Shown in pieces: positions 41,186 through 50,596 of a stretch of 64,000 nucleotides of DNA (position 1 is its first letter; each line of letters starts with the position of its first letter). A model generated the notes under the pieces. It worked only from the letters and a program-made list of their open reading frames with translations, made no database searches and was not told the origin of the DNA. This DNA is from Thermoanaerobaculia bacterium. GTDB lineage: Bacteria > Acidobacteriota > Thermoanaerobaculia > UBA5066. A program made the position numbers and the translations under genes. The stretch is from contig CAVRAY010000001.1 in assembly GCA_963719225.1 (NCBI GenBank), forward strand, positions 2,176,001 through 2,240,000, written 5' to 3'.

Positions 41186-43150
41186 ATGCGACGTCTCGTC
41201 CCGGCCTTCGCCGTGCTCTCGTGTCTCCTGGCGACGCGCCCCGCGGACGCCGGCGCGACGGAGCCGTTCGACACCCTCTATGCGCGCCTGACGAGGTCCC
41301 GGGAGTTCCTGGGCGTCGCGATCTCTCCGGATGGGACGCACGTCGCGCGCGTGGAGCAAGTCCGAAGCGAGAAAGCTCATCGGGCCACACGGATCCTCGT
41401 GCAGGAAGCGCGGCCCGGCGCCCGGACGGCGTGGGTCACGGCGTCGCCCGACCGGTCTCCGATCCGCGAAGAACACCCGGCCTTTTCGCCCGACGGGAGG
41501 ACCCTCGCGTTCGTCTCGCACGCCGGCGGGGCGGCTCTGTGGGTCGCGCCGATCGGCGGCGGCTCCGCGACGCGGCTCACGAAGCTCAAGGGCGCGTTTT
41601 CCCGGCCGCGCTGGTCTCGCGACGGCCGGTCCCTCGCGGTCCTGGTCGTCGAGGATCCTTCCAAGGAGCCCGGCCCGATGGGTCCGACGGCGCGCGACGC
41701 GGGCGTGGTCCAGGAGCGGATCGACGAGCAACGCATCGCCGTCGTGGATGTGGGCACGAAAGCCCTGCGGTTCGTGTCGCCGGCCGATCTCTACGTCTAC
41801 GAGTACGACTGGTCGGCGGACGGAAGAGCCTTCGCGGCCGTGGCGGCGAAGGGCTCGGGCGACGACAACTGGTGGCACGCCGAGCTCCTCTCGGTGGACG
41901 CGGCCTCGGGCGCGACGCGGCTCCTGTGGAAGCCGCCGCTCCAGATCGCGAATCCCGTCTTTTCGCCCGACGGCTCCACCGTGGCGGTGATCCACGGCCT
42001 CATGAGCGATTTCGGCTCGACGGGGGGCGACGTCACTGTCGTGCCGGCGGCGGGGGGCACGGCGCGAAACCTGACTCCCGGACGGCGCGCTTCCGCGGGT
42101 TCCCTGGCCTGGCCGTCCGCGTCCCGACTTCTCGTGACGGAGCTCGCCGGCGAGGCCACGTCGGTCGTGGCCGTCGATCCGGTGACCGGAACGGCCCGGG
42201 TGCTCTTCTCGGGACACGAGACGCTCTCGGCTGGCCACGGCCTGGGCCTCGCGCTCTCGCGCGACGGAGCGGCCTCGGCGGTGATTCGCGAGTCGTTCGA
42301 GTCTCCTCCCGAGGTGTGGACCGGCCCGATCGGCTCGTGGACCCGCCTCACCGAGGACAACGCGGGCGTGAAAGCCGAATGGGGCCCCGCCGCGAGCGTC
42401 CGCGTCACGAGCGACGGCCGGACGGTCCAGGGGTGGCTCCTCCCGCCCCCGCGTCTCGACGCCAGGGAAAAGCACCCGCTCGCGGTCGTCGTGCACGGAG
42501 GTCCCGCCTCGGCGCACCGAAACAGCTGGCCGCCGCCGCTCGTCGGCGCGCTCGCCGCGCGCGGATATTTCGTGTTCCTGCCGAATCCGCGCGGGAGCTT
42601 CGGGCAGGGCGAAGCGTTCACGGCGGCGAACGTGAAGGATTTCGGAGGCGGCGACCTGCGCGACATCCTCGCGGGCGTCGACGAGGTCCTGAGGACGCGC
42701 CCGGTCGACCCGAAGCGGGTCGGCCTCTTCGGCTGGAGCTACGGAGGCTATATGGCGATGTGGGCGGTCACGCAGACGAGCCGTTTTGCCGCCGTCGTGG
42801 CGGGCGCGGGCATCGTGAACTGGCAGAGCTATTACGGCCAGAACCGCATCGACAGCTGGATGCTCCCCTATTTCGGGGCCTCGGTCTACGACGATCCCGC
42901 GATCTACGCGCAAAGCTCACCCATCACTTTCATCAAGAACGTGAAGACGCCGGTCCTGGTTCTCCACGGCGAGCGCGATGCCGAGGTGCCGGCGCCGCAG
43001 GGGTACGAGTTCTGGCACGCGCTGAAGGCCCTCGGCGTCCCGACGCAGCTCGTCATCTATCAGGACGAGGGCCACGGCTTCTTCCGGGAGGAGAGCAAGA
43101 AAGACCGCGTCCTCAGGGTGCTGGACTGGTTCGACCGCTGGATGAAGTGA
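41186..43150 (+). CDS. S9-family peptidase with PD40/beta-propeller
   Basis: Signal peptide, VHGGP, GWSYGG, HGERDAEV, DEGHG. Confidence 0.93.
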   Translation: MRRLVPAFAVLSCLLATRPADAGATEPFDTLYARLTRSREFLGVAISPDGTHVARVEQVRSEKAHRATRILVQEARPGARTAWVTASPDRSPIREEHPAFSPDGRTLAFVSHAGGAALWVAPIGGGSATRLTKLKGAFSRPRWSRDGRSLAVLVVEDPSKEPGPMGPTARDAGVVQERIDEQRIAVVDVGTKALRFVSPADLYVYEYDWSADGRAFAAVAAKGSGDDNWWHAELLSVDAASGATRLLWKPPLQIANPVFSPDGSTVAVIHGLMSDFGSTGGDVTVVPAAGGTARNLTPGRRASAGSLAWPSASRLLVTELAGEATSVVAVDPVTGTARVLFSGHETLSAGHGLGLALSRDGAASAVIRESFESPPEVWTGPIGSWTRLTEDNAGVKAEWGPAASVRVTSDGRTVQGWLLPPPRLDAREKHPLAVVVHGGPASAHRNSWPPPLVGALAARGYFVFLPNPRGSFGQGEAFTAANVKDFGGGDLRDILAGVDEVLRTRPVDPKRVGLFGWSYGGYMAMWAVTQTSRFAAVVAGAGIVNWQSYYGQNRIDSWMLPYFGASVYDDPAIYAQSSPITFIKNVKTPVLVLHGERDAEVPAPQGYEFWHALKALGVPTQLVIYQDEGHGFFREESKKDRVLRVLDWFDRWMK

Positions 43151-43160
43151 GCACGGGCGG

Positions 43161-44144
43161 ATGTGGCTTTCGAGCGCACAGATCGCGACGCTCCTCTTTG
43201 CGCTGACCGCCGCGTCTTTCGGGCTCCTCGCCCTCACCCTGCTCGGCGTGGCGCGCGCGCGCATGCGGCTCGCGCTCTACGCGGTGCTCGCTCTCGGAGT
43301 CGCATCGCTTCTCGGCGCGCCGTTCCTGTTCGGACCTCCCACGCGCGACCGCGTCGAGACGAGCCTCGCCGTTGTCCTGCCCCTCGTGGCCGCCGCGTTC
43401 CTCTCGGACCTCGCCCGCGGCGGCCGGCGGACACGGGCATTCCTCTTCGCTGCCGCCAGCGTCCTCGTTCTCGCCGCCCTCGCCGAGCTCGCCGCGAGGC
43501 GGCAGGTCCTGGTCGTGGCGCCTGTCGTCTCTCCCCTCGGGGCCGGGTTCGTGCTCTTCACGGCGCTACTTCTCCCTCGCGTCGCCGAGCAGGAGAGGCG
43601 CCTCTTCACTCAGGCCACGACGGACCCGCTCACGGGCCTCCTGAATCGGGCCGCGTTCGAGGAGCGGGCGCTGGCCGAGCTTTCCCGCGCGAGCCGCACG
43701 GGACGTAGCCTCGCGATCGCGATGCTCGACGTCGATCATTTCAAGAAGTTCAACGACCGTTTCGGCCATCTTGCGGGAGATGCCGCGCTGACGGCCGTCG
43801 CGCGCGCCGTCGCACGGACGGTTCGCGGCATCGACGCCGCGGGCCGTTACGGCGGGGAGGAGTTCATCGTGCTCCTCGTGGAGGCGGACGCCGAGGCCGG
43901 CGTGCATGCCGTGGAGCGCATCCGAGCGGCCGTCGCGTCGCTCGGGCCTCCCCGGATTCCGATCGGCGTCACGGTTTCCGCCGGAGTCGCCGTCCATTCG
44001 GGCCTGTTCGAAAGGACCTCGTTCGAGTCTCTCGTCGCCCGCGCGGACGCAGCTCTCTACTCCGCCAAGAAGGCCGGCCGCGACCGCGTGGTCCTCGAGA
44101 CGGCTCCGCTGGCCGCTTCGCCGGCGGAAGTGCGCTACCGCTAG
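43161..44144 (+). CDS. Membrane-bound diguanylate cyclase
   Basis: TDPLTGLLNR, LDVDHFKKFND, RYGGEEF. Confidence 0.93.
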   Translation: MWLSSAQIATLLFALTAASFGLLALTLLGVARARMRLALYAVLALGVASLLGAPFLFGPPTRDRVETSLAVVLPLVAAAFLSDLARGGRRTRAFLFAAASVLVLAALAELAARRQVLVVAPVVSPLGAGFVLFTALLLPRVAEQERRLFTQATTDPLTGLLNRAAFEERALAELSRASRTGRSLAIAMLDVDHFKKFNDRFGHLAGDAALTAVARAVARTVRGIDAAGRYGGEEFIVLLVEADAEAGVHAVERIRAAVASLGPPRIPIGVTVSAGVAVHSGLFERTSFESLVARADAALYSAKKAGRDRVVLETAPLAASPAEVRYR

Positions 44145-45334
44145 GGGGCGAGGGCCCGCGCGAGGCGGGCGAGGCCTTCCTCGATCCTGGCGCGGGAGGT
44201 CGCGAACGAGATTCGCACGCAGCGGTCCTCGCCGAAGGCGATGCCGGGTGTCACGGCGACCGCGGCGGTGTCGAGAAGGGCCTTCGCGAACGTCTGAGAG
44301 CCCGTGACATCCTGCCCGCCGATTTTTCTCCCGTAATGGGCCGAGACGTCCGGGAACGCGTAGAACGCGCCCCCGGGAGCCGCGCACGTCACGCCCGGGA
44401 GAGCGTTCAGGGCGGGAATGAGGAACTCCCTCCTTCGCGCGTATTCGGCCAGCATGCCTTCCACGGCGGGCTGCGCCTCGTCGGGCCTCGTCAGCGCCGC
44501 CACGGCGGCTCTCTGCGTGATCGAGCAGACGTTCGACGTGGCGTGGCTCACGACGCGGCCCATGAGGTCGACGAGGGCCCTGGGGCCGAGCGCGAAGCCG
44601 ACGCGCCAACCCGTCATTGCGTATGTCTTCGAGAGCGTCCCGGCCACGAGGATCGTTTCGGGGAATTCCCTGGCCAGCGCGGCGGCGGAAAAGTGCTTCC
44701 CTTCGAACACGAAGCGGTCGTAGCACTCGTCGAAGAGGACCGTCCAGCCGCGCGAAGCCGCGAGCCGGACGACGGCTTCGATCTCGGAGGGTTCCATGAC
44801 GGCGCCTGTCGGGTTGTTCGGCGTGTTCACGATGAGCCCCCGCGTCGCGGGCGTCGCGGCGCGGGCCACGTCGGCCGCGGTCAGGCGGAAGCGGGCGCTT
44901 TCGGGAATCGTCACGAACACGGATCGCGCGCCGGCGAGCGTCACCATCTCGGGAAAGGAAACCCAGTACGGCACGGGCACGAGGACGTCGTCGCCTTCCT
45001 CGAAGAGCGCGAGGCAGGCCGTGTGCAGCGCCTGCTTGCCTCCGGCCGTCACGATGACGTCCGCCGCCGTGTACGGCGCGTCCCACGCCGCCTGGTAACG
45101 CTCTGCGATCGCCTCGCGCAGATCCGGAATTCCCGAGGCGTCCGTGTATTTCGTGAAGTCCGATTCGATCGCCTCGATCGCGGCGTGTTTCACGAACGCC
45201 GGCGTCGGGAAGTCGGGCTCTCCCGGGCCGAAGTCCACGACGTCGATTCCCCGGGCGCGCAGCGACGCTGCCGCCTTCATGACGGCGAACGTGGCCGAGC
45301 CCGCGACGCGGGAAGCGCGCGACGCGAACCTCAA
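44141..45334 (-). CDS. PLP-dependent aminotransferase, class I (aspartate aminotransferase-like)
   Basis: GEPDFPTP, NTPNNPTG, DECY, SKTYAMTGWRVG. Confidence 0.93.
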   Translation of the reverse strand: MRFASRASRVAGSATFAVMKAAASLRARGIDVVDFGPGEPDFPTPAFVKHAAIEAIESDFTKYTDASGIPDLREAIAERYQAAWDAPYTAADVIVTAGGKQALHTACLALFEEGDDVLVPVPYWVSFPEMVTLAGARSVFVTIPESARFRLTAADVARAATPATRGLIVNTPNNPTGAVMEPSEIEAVVRLAASRGWTVLFDECYDRFVFEGKHFSAAALAREFPETILVAGTLSKTYAMTGWRVGFALGPRALVDLMGRVVSHATSNVCSITQRAAVAALTRPDEAQPAVEGMLAEYARRREFLIPALNALPGVTCAAPGGAFYAFPDVSAHYGRKIGGQDVTGSQTFAKALLDTAAVAVTPGIAFGEDRCVRISFATSRARIEEGLARLARALAP

Positions 45335-46512
45335 CGGCGCCTCAGGGTGTTCCAGGCAGCTCGAAACACGTGTGGTTTCCGCCTTCCGAACGCGATCATG
45401 GCGATCTCCACGCCGCACCAGCCCGCATAGACGCCGATCATCGCCTCGCGCGTGCCGGGGACGGCGAATTGAACCAACCAAAACACGAAGAGGATCGCGG
45501 CCTCGAGCGCACGCAGGTCCATGTTCACGAGGAGCAGCCACCCGAGAAAGCTCTGCAGGATCGTCAGGAGGATCTCCAGGCGCTGGTGCGGGTCGAACAC
45601 GATGGCCGAGGGCGCTCCCTTCGAGATCGAGTAGATGACCGGAATGAGCGCCGAGAGGATAGACCACTGATTGATCGTCGAGGAGACGAGGTTCATCACC
45701 GCCATCGGCGCTTTCGTGATCTGCCGCGCCCAGTTGAACGCCGAGAGCTTCTCCGGAAATTCCGAGAGAAAAGGCGCGACCCACTGGACGAAGACGAACT
45801 GCGAGACTCCGAACGAGACCGCGAGCGCGAGCATGGACTCCACGAACGAGTGCGCGGACACGGCGAGGATCGCGCCCCCGACCAGGAAGATGCCCGTGAT
45901 GGCCCACCCGCGCCGGCGGGGCCCCTGCGCGAGCGCCCAGCGGGACACGGCCGGGAGATCCTCCATTTCCTCGACGTCGCCCTCGCGCGGAGGCACGCGC
46001 AGGAGCGCGACGAGATACGCGGCGTAGCAGGCCGTGAGGATGGCGGCGTCGACGAGCCCGAGGCTGCCCTTCCACCAGATCACGCTGAACCAGAGGAGCG
46101 GCGGCAGAAGGCCCACGATCTCGATCGCCTGCTCGTCGTCGAATCTGATCGCGATCCACGTCTTGCGCTTGCCCGTCTTCCGGGCGAAGTACGCGGCCAC
46201 GAAATAAACGAGCGGCCAGCCGAGGCCCACGAGGAGGCGGATCGAGCCGGTGAAGTTCGCGATCGCGAGATGCACCTTCGCCGGGTCCTTCCCCGCCTCC
46301 CACGCGATGACGGCTTCCACCGCGAACTCGGGGAGCGTCTGGAGCCAGGCGAGGATCGCGAGGGCGAGGCCCTGGGATACGAGAAACTGGGCGGCCTCGG
46401 CCCCCCAGGCCACGAGGAACGCGGAAAAAAGAACGGACGGAAACGTCCACAGGGCGGTCAGGGGCGATGCTTTTGCGGCAACGCCGCCCGCTACCGGAAG
46501 CGTCAGCTTCAT
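45331..46512 (-). CDS. Sodium/calcium exchanger-family membrane protein
   Basis: LAWLQTLPEFAVE, AIANFTGS, QWVAPFLSEFPEK, NLVSSTINQW. Confidence 0.85.
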   Translation of the reverse strand: MKLTLPVAGGVAAKASPLTALWTFPSVLFSAFLVAWGAEAAQFLVSQGLALAILAWLQTLPEFAVEAVIAWEAGKDPAKVHLAIANFTGSIRLLVGLGWPLVYFVAAYFARKTGKRKTWIAIRFDDEQAIEIVGLLPPLLWFSVIWWKGSLGLVDAAILTACYAAYLVALLRVPPREGDVEEMEDLPAVSRWALAQGPRRRGWAITGIFLVGGAILAVSAHSFVESMLALAVSFGVSQFVFVQWVAPFLSEFPEKLSAFNWARQITKAPMAVMNLVSSTINQWSILSALIPVIYSISKGAPSAIVFDPHQRLEILLTILQSFLGWLLLVNMDLRALEAAILFVFWLVQFAVPGTREAMIGVYAGWCGVEIAMIAFGRRKPHVFRAAWNTLRRR

Positions 46513-46586
46513 TCGAGCGGGATTTAAGCACACCGATTCGCATCTCTGCCCGCTTCCGAGGAAGGCACTACACTCTCGGTCGCTCC

Positions 46587-47411
46587 ATGACGACGCGCAT
46601 CGACTCTTCCTCGAACCCGCGCATCGCCGCGGCGATCAAGGCCGTCGCAGCGCACGAAAAGATGCTCCTCGAAGGCACGCGAATGATCGGGGAGGCACTC
46701 GACGCGCGGGTGCGGATAGAAGATGTTCTTGTTCAGAGAGACCAAGAGGAAGAAAGGGAAAGAGAAGATTTTCTTACAAGGGTAAGAGGGGAAGGATCGC
46801 GCGTGAGCGAGGTTTCGGCGCGCGTCCTGCGAAGGCTCTCGGATCTCCCCTCGACGCGCGGCGTCGTCGCGATCGCGGCACCCCCCCTCCGTACGCTGAG
46901 CTCTCTCTCTTCGCTCTTCCCGTATTCACCTTCTAAGAAATCTTCCCTTTCTTCTCTCTTCCTCCTCCTCGACGACGTTCAGGATCCCGCGAACGTCGGC
47001 GCGATCCTGCGGAGCGGCGAGGCCTTCGGCGTCGCCGCCGCTCTCCTGACGCCCGGGTGTGCCTGGCCCTTCTCGCCGCGCGTCCTGCGCGCGTCGGCGG
47101 GAAGCGCGTTCCGGCTGCCTGTCGCGGCAGGCGTCGATCCGGCCGAGGCCGTCGCCTGGGCACGAGGCCACGGAATCGTCCTCGCGGGAGCGGCGGCTCA
47201 CGGTGGCGCGCCCCCCGCGGTCCTCGCCGGCGTCCGTCCGCTCGCGCTGGTGATCGGCTCGGAAGGCCACGGGATCTCGCCGGGAATTGCCGCGGCGCTC
47301 GACCACCGCGTCACGCTGCCGCTCGCGGGCCGCGTCGACTCGTTGAACGCCGCCGTCGCCGCGGGCGTCCTCCTTCACGTCCTGTCGCGTCCGCCCGCGC
47401 CCGCGCGTTAG
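46587..47411 (+). CDS. TrmH/SpoU-family RNA methyltransferase
   Basis: VQDPANVGAILRS, IGSEGHG, DSLNAAVA. Confidence 0.92.
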   Translation: MTTRIDSSSNPRIAAAIKAVAAHEKMLLEGTRMIGEALDARVRIEDVLVQRDQEEEREREDFLTRVRGEGSRVSEVSARVLRRLSDLPSTRGVVAIAAPPLRTLSSLSSLFPYSPSKKSSLSSLFLLLDDVQDPANVGAILRSGEAFGVAAALLTPGCAWPFSPRVLRASAGSAFRLPVAAGVDPAEAVAWARGHGIVLAGAAAHGGAPPAVLAGVRPLALVIGSEGHGISPGIAAALDHRVTLPLAGRVDSLNAAVAAGVLLHVLSRPPAPAR

Positions 47412-47471
47412 AATCGCCAATCGGCCGCGCCCTCCGGGCCGTCATCAAACGAAAAGCGAGGACCTCATCCC

Positions 47472-48206
47472 ATGCGGCGAAATCTCATCGCCTCCGTTCT
47501 TCTTCTGTCTTCGGCGACCCTGGCGCTCGCCGAGGAACCGGCGAAGCCCGCCACCAAGAAGGCGGCTCCCGCCAGGACCGGCTCCGCGAAGGCCGCCGGC
47601 GCGGCTCCCGCGACCGAGAGCGCCAGGACGCTCTACGCCATCGGGCTCGTGATGAGCCAGAATCTCGGACCGCTCAAGCTTTCGCCCGCGGAGCTCGCTT
47701 CTGTGCAGGAGGGCATCGCGGACGGAGTCCTCGGCCGCGCCCCCAAGGTGGAGCTCCAGACGTACGGCCCGAAGATCCGCGAGTTCGCGAACGCGCGCGT
47801 CGCTTCGGGTGCCGAAGCCGAGAAGAAGGCCGGCACGGCGTTTCTCGCGAAGGAAGCGGCGGAGAGCGGCAACGTCAAGCAGCCGACCGGGTTCCTCTAC
47901 AAGGAGATCAAGGCCGGAACGGGCGCCTCGCCGAAGGCGACCGACAAGGTGAAGGTCCATTACCGCGGCACCCTCACGGACGGCACCGTCTTCGACAGCT
48001 CGATCGAGCGCGGTGAGCCCGCGTCCTTCGAGTTGAACAGGGTAATCCCGTGCTGGACGCAGGGTCTGCAGCTCATGAAGACGGGGGGAAAGGCCCGCCT
48101 CGTGTGCCCTTCGGACCTGGCCTACGGCGACGGCGGCAGCCCTCCCAAGATCAAGGGCGGCGCGACGCTGATCTTCGAGGTCGAGCTCCTCTCGATCGAA
48201 AAGTAG
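47472..48206 (+). CDS. FKBP-type peptidyl-prolyl isomerase (FkpA/Mip-like)
   Basis: Signal peptide, [30 protein letters not shown]. Confidence 0.95.
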   Translation: MRRNLIASVLLLSSATLALAEEPAKPATKKAAPARTGSAKAAGAAPATESARTLYAIGLVMSQNLGPLKLSPAELASVQEGIADGVLGRAPKVELQTYGPKIREFANARVASGAEAEKKAGTAFLAKEAAESGNVKQPTGFLYKEIKAGTGASPKATDKVKVHYRGTLTDGTVFDSSIERGEPASFELNRVIPCWTQGLQLMKTGGKARLVCPSDLAYGDGGSPPKIKGGATLIFEVELLSIEK

Positions 48207-48212
48207 TCCGCC

Positions 48213-48788
48213 TCAGAACACTTCGGCGGTGAACCGGAGGAGGCGGGGAGGGCTCGGGCCCTTCCAGCTCTCCTCCGGAAGGCCGGCCCTCAGGCATGCC
48301 TGGGACAGGATGCGCGGGCCGTCCCAGCCGAACGTCGCGGCATCCTGAGGCAGGACGACTCCGCGGCGTTTCCCTTTTTCGACGACGACACCATGCAGGC
48401 GCGAGTCGGGCCGGGAGAGAACGGGAATTTCTTCGGAGGAAGAGAAGATTTCTTCGAAGGTGGAGAGGATGGAGATCTCGGGCACGTAGCGCGGCAGCTC
48501 CCTGGCGGTCGCTGGAGGGAACCTCGGGTCGCGCAGGAGTGCCGTCACGGCGTGCTCCTCGACCTCTTCGACGAGCCCGCGCGCGGCCTCGGTCGTTCCG
48601 CTGCGCCCCCGCGGCCGCCCGTCCCTCTTCCACGTCACGAAGACGGGCGCGGGCCCCGCGAGCGCTCCGCTCGCGGGAATCTCCGGCCGCACCGGAGCGC
48701 GCAGTCCGATCGCGCGCGCCGCCGCCGACAAAGCGACCTTTCTAAGAATCTCTCTCTCTTCCTCCGAAAGCATCATGATGCGAGCCAT
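48213..48788 (-). CDS. AMMECR1-domain protein
   Basis: VFVTWK, ALLRDPRFPP, EISILS, GVVLPQ.A...W, FTAEVF. Confidence 0.85.
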   Translation of the reverse strand: MARIMMLSEEEREILRKVALSAAARAIGLRAPVRPEIPASGALAGPAPVFVTWKRDGRPRGRSGTTEAARGLVEEVEEHAVTALLRDPRFPPATARELPRYVPEISILSTFEEIFSSSEEIPVLSRPDSRLHGVVVEKGKRRGVVLPQDAATFGWDGPRILSQACLRAGLPEESWKGPSPPRLLRFTAEVF

Positions 48789-49414
48789 TGGGCGAGCGCA
48801 TCGCCCGTGAGGTGCTCGAACTCGTCCAGACGCCCGGTGAAAAAGTGATCCGACCCGGGGACGGCGAGAAAAGTCCAGCCGCGTGCGGCGGCGATCTCGC
48901 GGGCCCGCGCCGCCGAGCTGAACTGGTCCTCTCCGCCCTGGATCCACGCGACCCGGGTGTCGGGAGGGACGGCGCCGTCCGGCTCGTCGCGGTCGGTCGG
49001 GACTCCGATGAGAAGCAGCACGTCGGGCCTGAGGCGCTCTGCGGCCCTCAGGGCGCACAGCGCGCCGAACGAGAAGCCCGAGAGTACGAAGGCGCCGTTC
49101 GGCTGCCTGGTTCTCAGCCAGCGTCCGGCCGCGACGACGTCCTCGGTTTCGCCGGCGCCGCCGTCGTACGTCCCCGCGGATGCGCCCACCCCCCGGAACT
49201 GGAACCGGAGCGCCGCGAGCGAGAACTGTCCCGACAGAAGGCGTGCGGTGCGGTGCACGACCTTGGTGCGCATCGTTCCGCCGAGCCGCGGATGGGGGTG
49301 CGCCACGAGCGCCGCCCCGGCCGGAGCGGCCGGCGCGCGCAGGAGCGCCTCCAGGGGGCCTGCGGGACCGGGAATCTCGAGCGACGTGAGCTTCACCGGG
49401 GCCGCATCCCGCAT
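48773..49414 (-). CDS. Alpha/beta hydrolase
   Basis: HPHPRLGGTM, FRGVGASAG, GFSFG, DHFF. Confidence 0.9.
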   Translation of the reverse strand: MRDAAPVKLTSLEIPGPAGPLEALLRAPAAPAGAALVAHPHPRLGGTMRTKVVHRTARLLSGQFSLAALRFQFRGVGASAGTYDGGAGETEDVVAAGRWLRTRQPNGAFVLSGFSFGALCALRAAERLRPDVLLLIGVPTDRDEPDGAVPPDTRVAWIQGGEDQFSSAARAREIAAARGWTFLAVPGSDHFFTGRLDEFEHLTGDALAQWLAS

Positions 49415-49524
49415 CGAAACGACGTTAGCACGCGACCTTTTCCCGGTCGCCCGTTGAATTTCACCTCCCCGGACGGCTATAAGGGGATCCCCCAGGGAAG
49501 CCTTCCTCGCGTCAGGAGCGTGCC

Positions 49525-50583
49525 ATGAAGAACATCGTTCACATCGTCGGAACCGGGACGATCGGAGAGCCACTCATCGGTCTCTTCACGGACTTCAAGC
49601 AGCATCTCGGAATCGACGAAGTGACGTTCCACAAGCGCACGCCCATGAAGACCGAGCGGGCGAAGGTGGCGCACCTCATGTCGCGCGGCGCGCACCTCGC
49701 GACCGAGGACGACAAGACGGCGGATTTCGAGGCCCTCGGCCACAGCGTCTCCTACACGGCGCAGGAGGCTCTCGAGCGCGCGACCGTCGTCATCGACTGC
49801 ACGCCCGCCGGGAACGACAACAAGGAGGCCTACTACAAGCACGTGAAGGGTCCGCGCGGCTTCGTCGCGCAAGGCTCCGAGTTCGGCTTCGGGAAGATGT
49901 ACGCGCGTGGAATCAACGACGCGGCTCTCATCCCCGGCGAAGACCGGTTCCTGCAGGTCGTCTCGTGCAACACGCACAACCTCGCGATCCTGATCAAGAC
50001 GCTCGGCATGTCGGGGGACGAGCTCGTGATGGACCGCGCGCAGTTCGTCTGCATGCGACGGGCGAACGACGTCTCGCAGAACAAGGACTACATCCCCGCG
50101 CCGACCGTCGGCAAGCACGACGACGACGTGTTCGGGACGCACCATGCCCGCGACGTCTTCCATCTCTACGAGACGCTCAACCTGAAGCCCAAGGTCTTCT
50201 CGTCGGCCCTGAAGCTCAACACGCAGTACATGCACTCCGTGTGGTTCAACTTCGAGCTTGCGAAGCCGATCGACAAGAAAACGGCCGTCGAGCGCCTCAA
50301 GGAGAATCCGCTCGTTGCGCTCACCGAGAGGAAGAGCGCGAACGAAGTGTTCTCCTTCGGCCGTGACCACGGGTATTACGGGCGCATCCTTTCCCAGACC
50401 GTCATCTCGACGCCCACGCTCGCCGTCGCCGACAAGGGCCGCGAGATCGTGGGGTTCTGCTTCACGCCGCAGGACGGCAATTCCCTTCTCTCGTCGGTCG
50501 CCGGCGCCATCTGGCTCATGGACCCGACGCACGCCTCGGAGCGGATCCAGGTTCTCAAGCGGTTCGTGTTCCGGGAAATTTAA
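49525..50583 (+). CDS. Archaeal-type (class II) glyceraldehyde-3-phosphate dehydrogenase-like oxidoreductase
   Basis: VGTGTIG, VVIDCTP, VVSCNTH, RRAND, GTHHARD. Confidence 0.72.
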   Translation: MKNIVHIVGTGTIGEPLIGLFTDFKQHLGIDEVTFHKRTPMKTERAKVAHLMSRGAHLATEDDKTADFEALGHSVSYTAQEALERATVVIDCTPAGNDNKEAYYKHVKGPRGFVAQGSEFGFGKMYARGINDAALIPGEDRFLQVVSCNTHNLAILIKTLGMSGDELVMDRAQFVCMRRANDVSQNKDYIPAPTVGKHDDDVFGTHHARDVFHLYETLNLKPKVFSSALKLNTQYMHSVWFNFELAKPIDKKTAVERLKENPLVALTERKSANEVFSFGRDHGYYGRILSQTVISTPTLAVADKGREIVGFCFTPQDGNSLLSSVAGAIWLMDPTHASERIQVLKRFVFREI

Positions 50584-50596
50584 GAGAGGAACGGGG

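Noticed and set aside
44141-46543. 800-aa ORF as a fused aminotransferase
   Set aside because: The upstream part is an off-frame overlap of the Na/Ca exchanger; the aminotransferase starts near 45334
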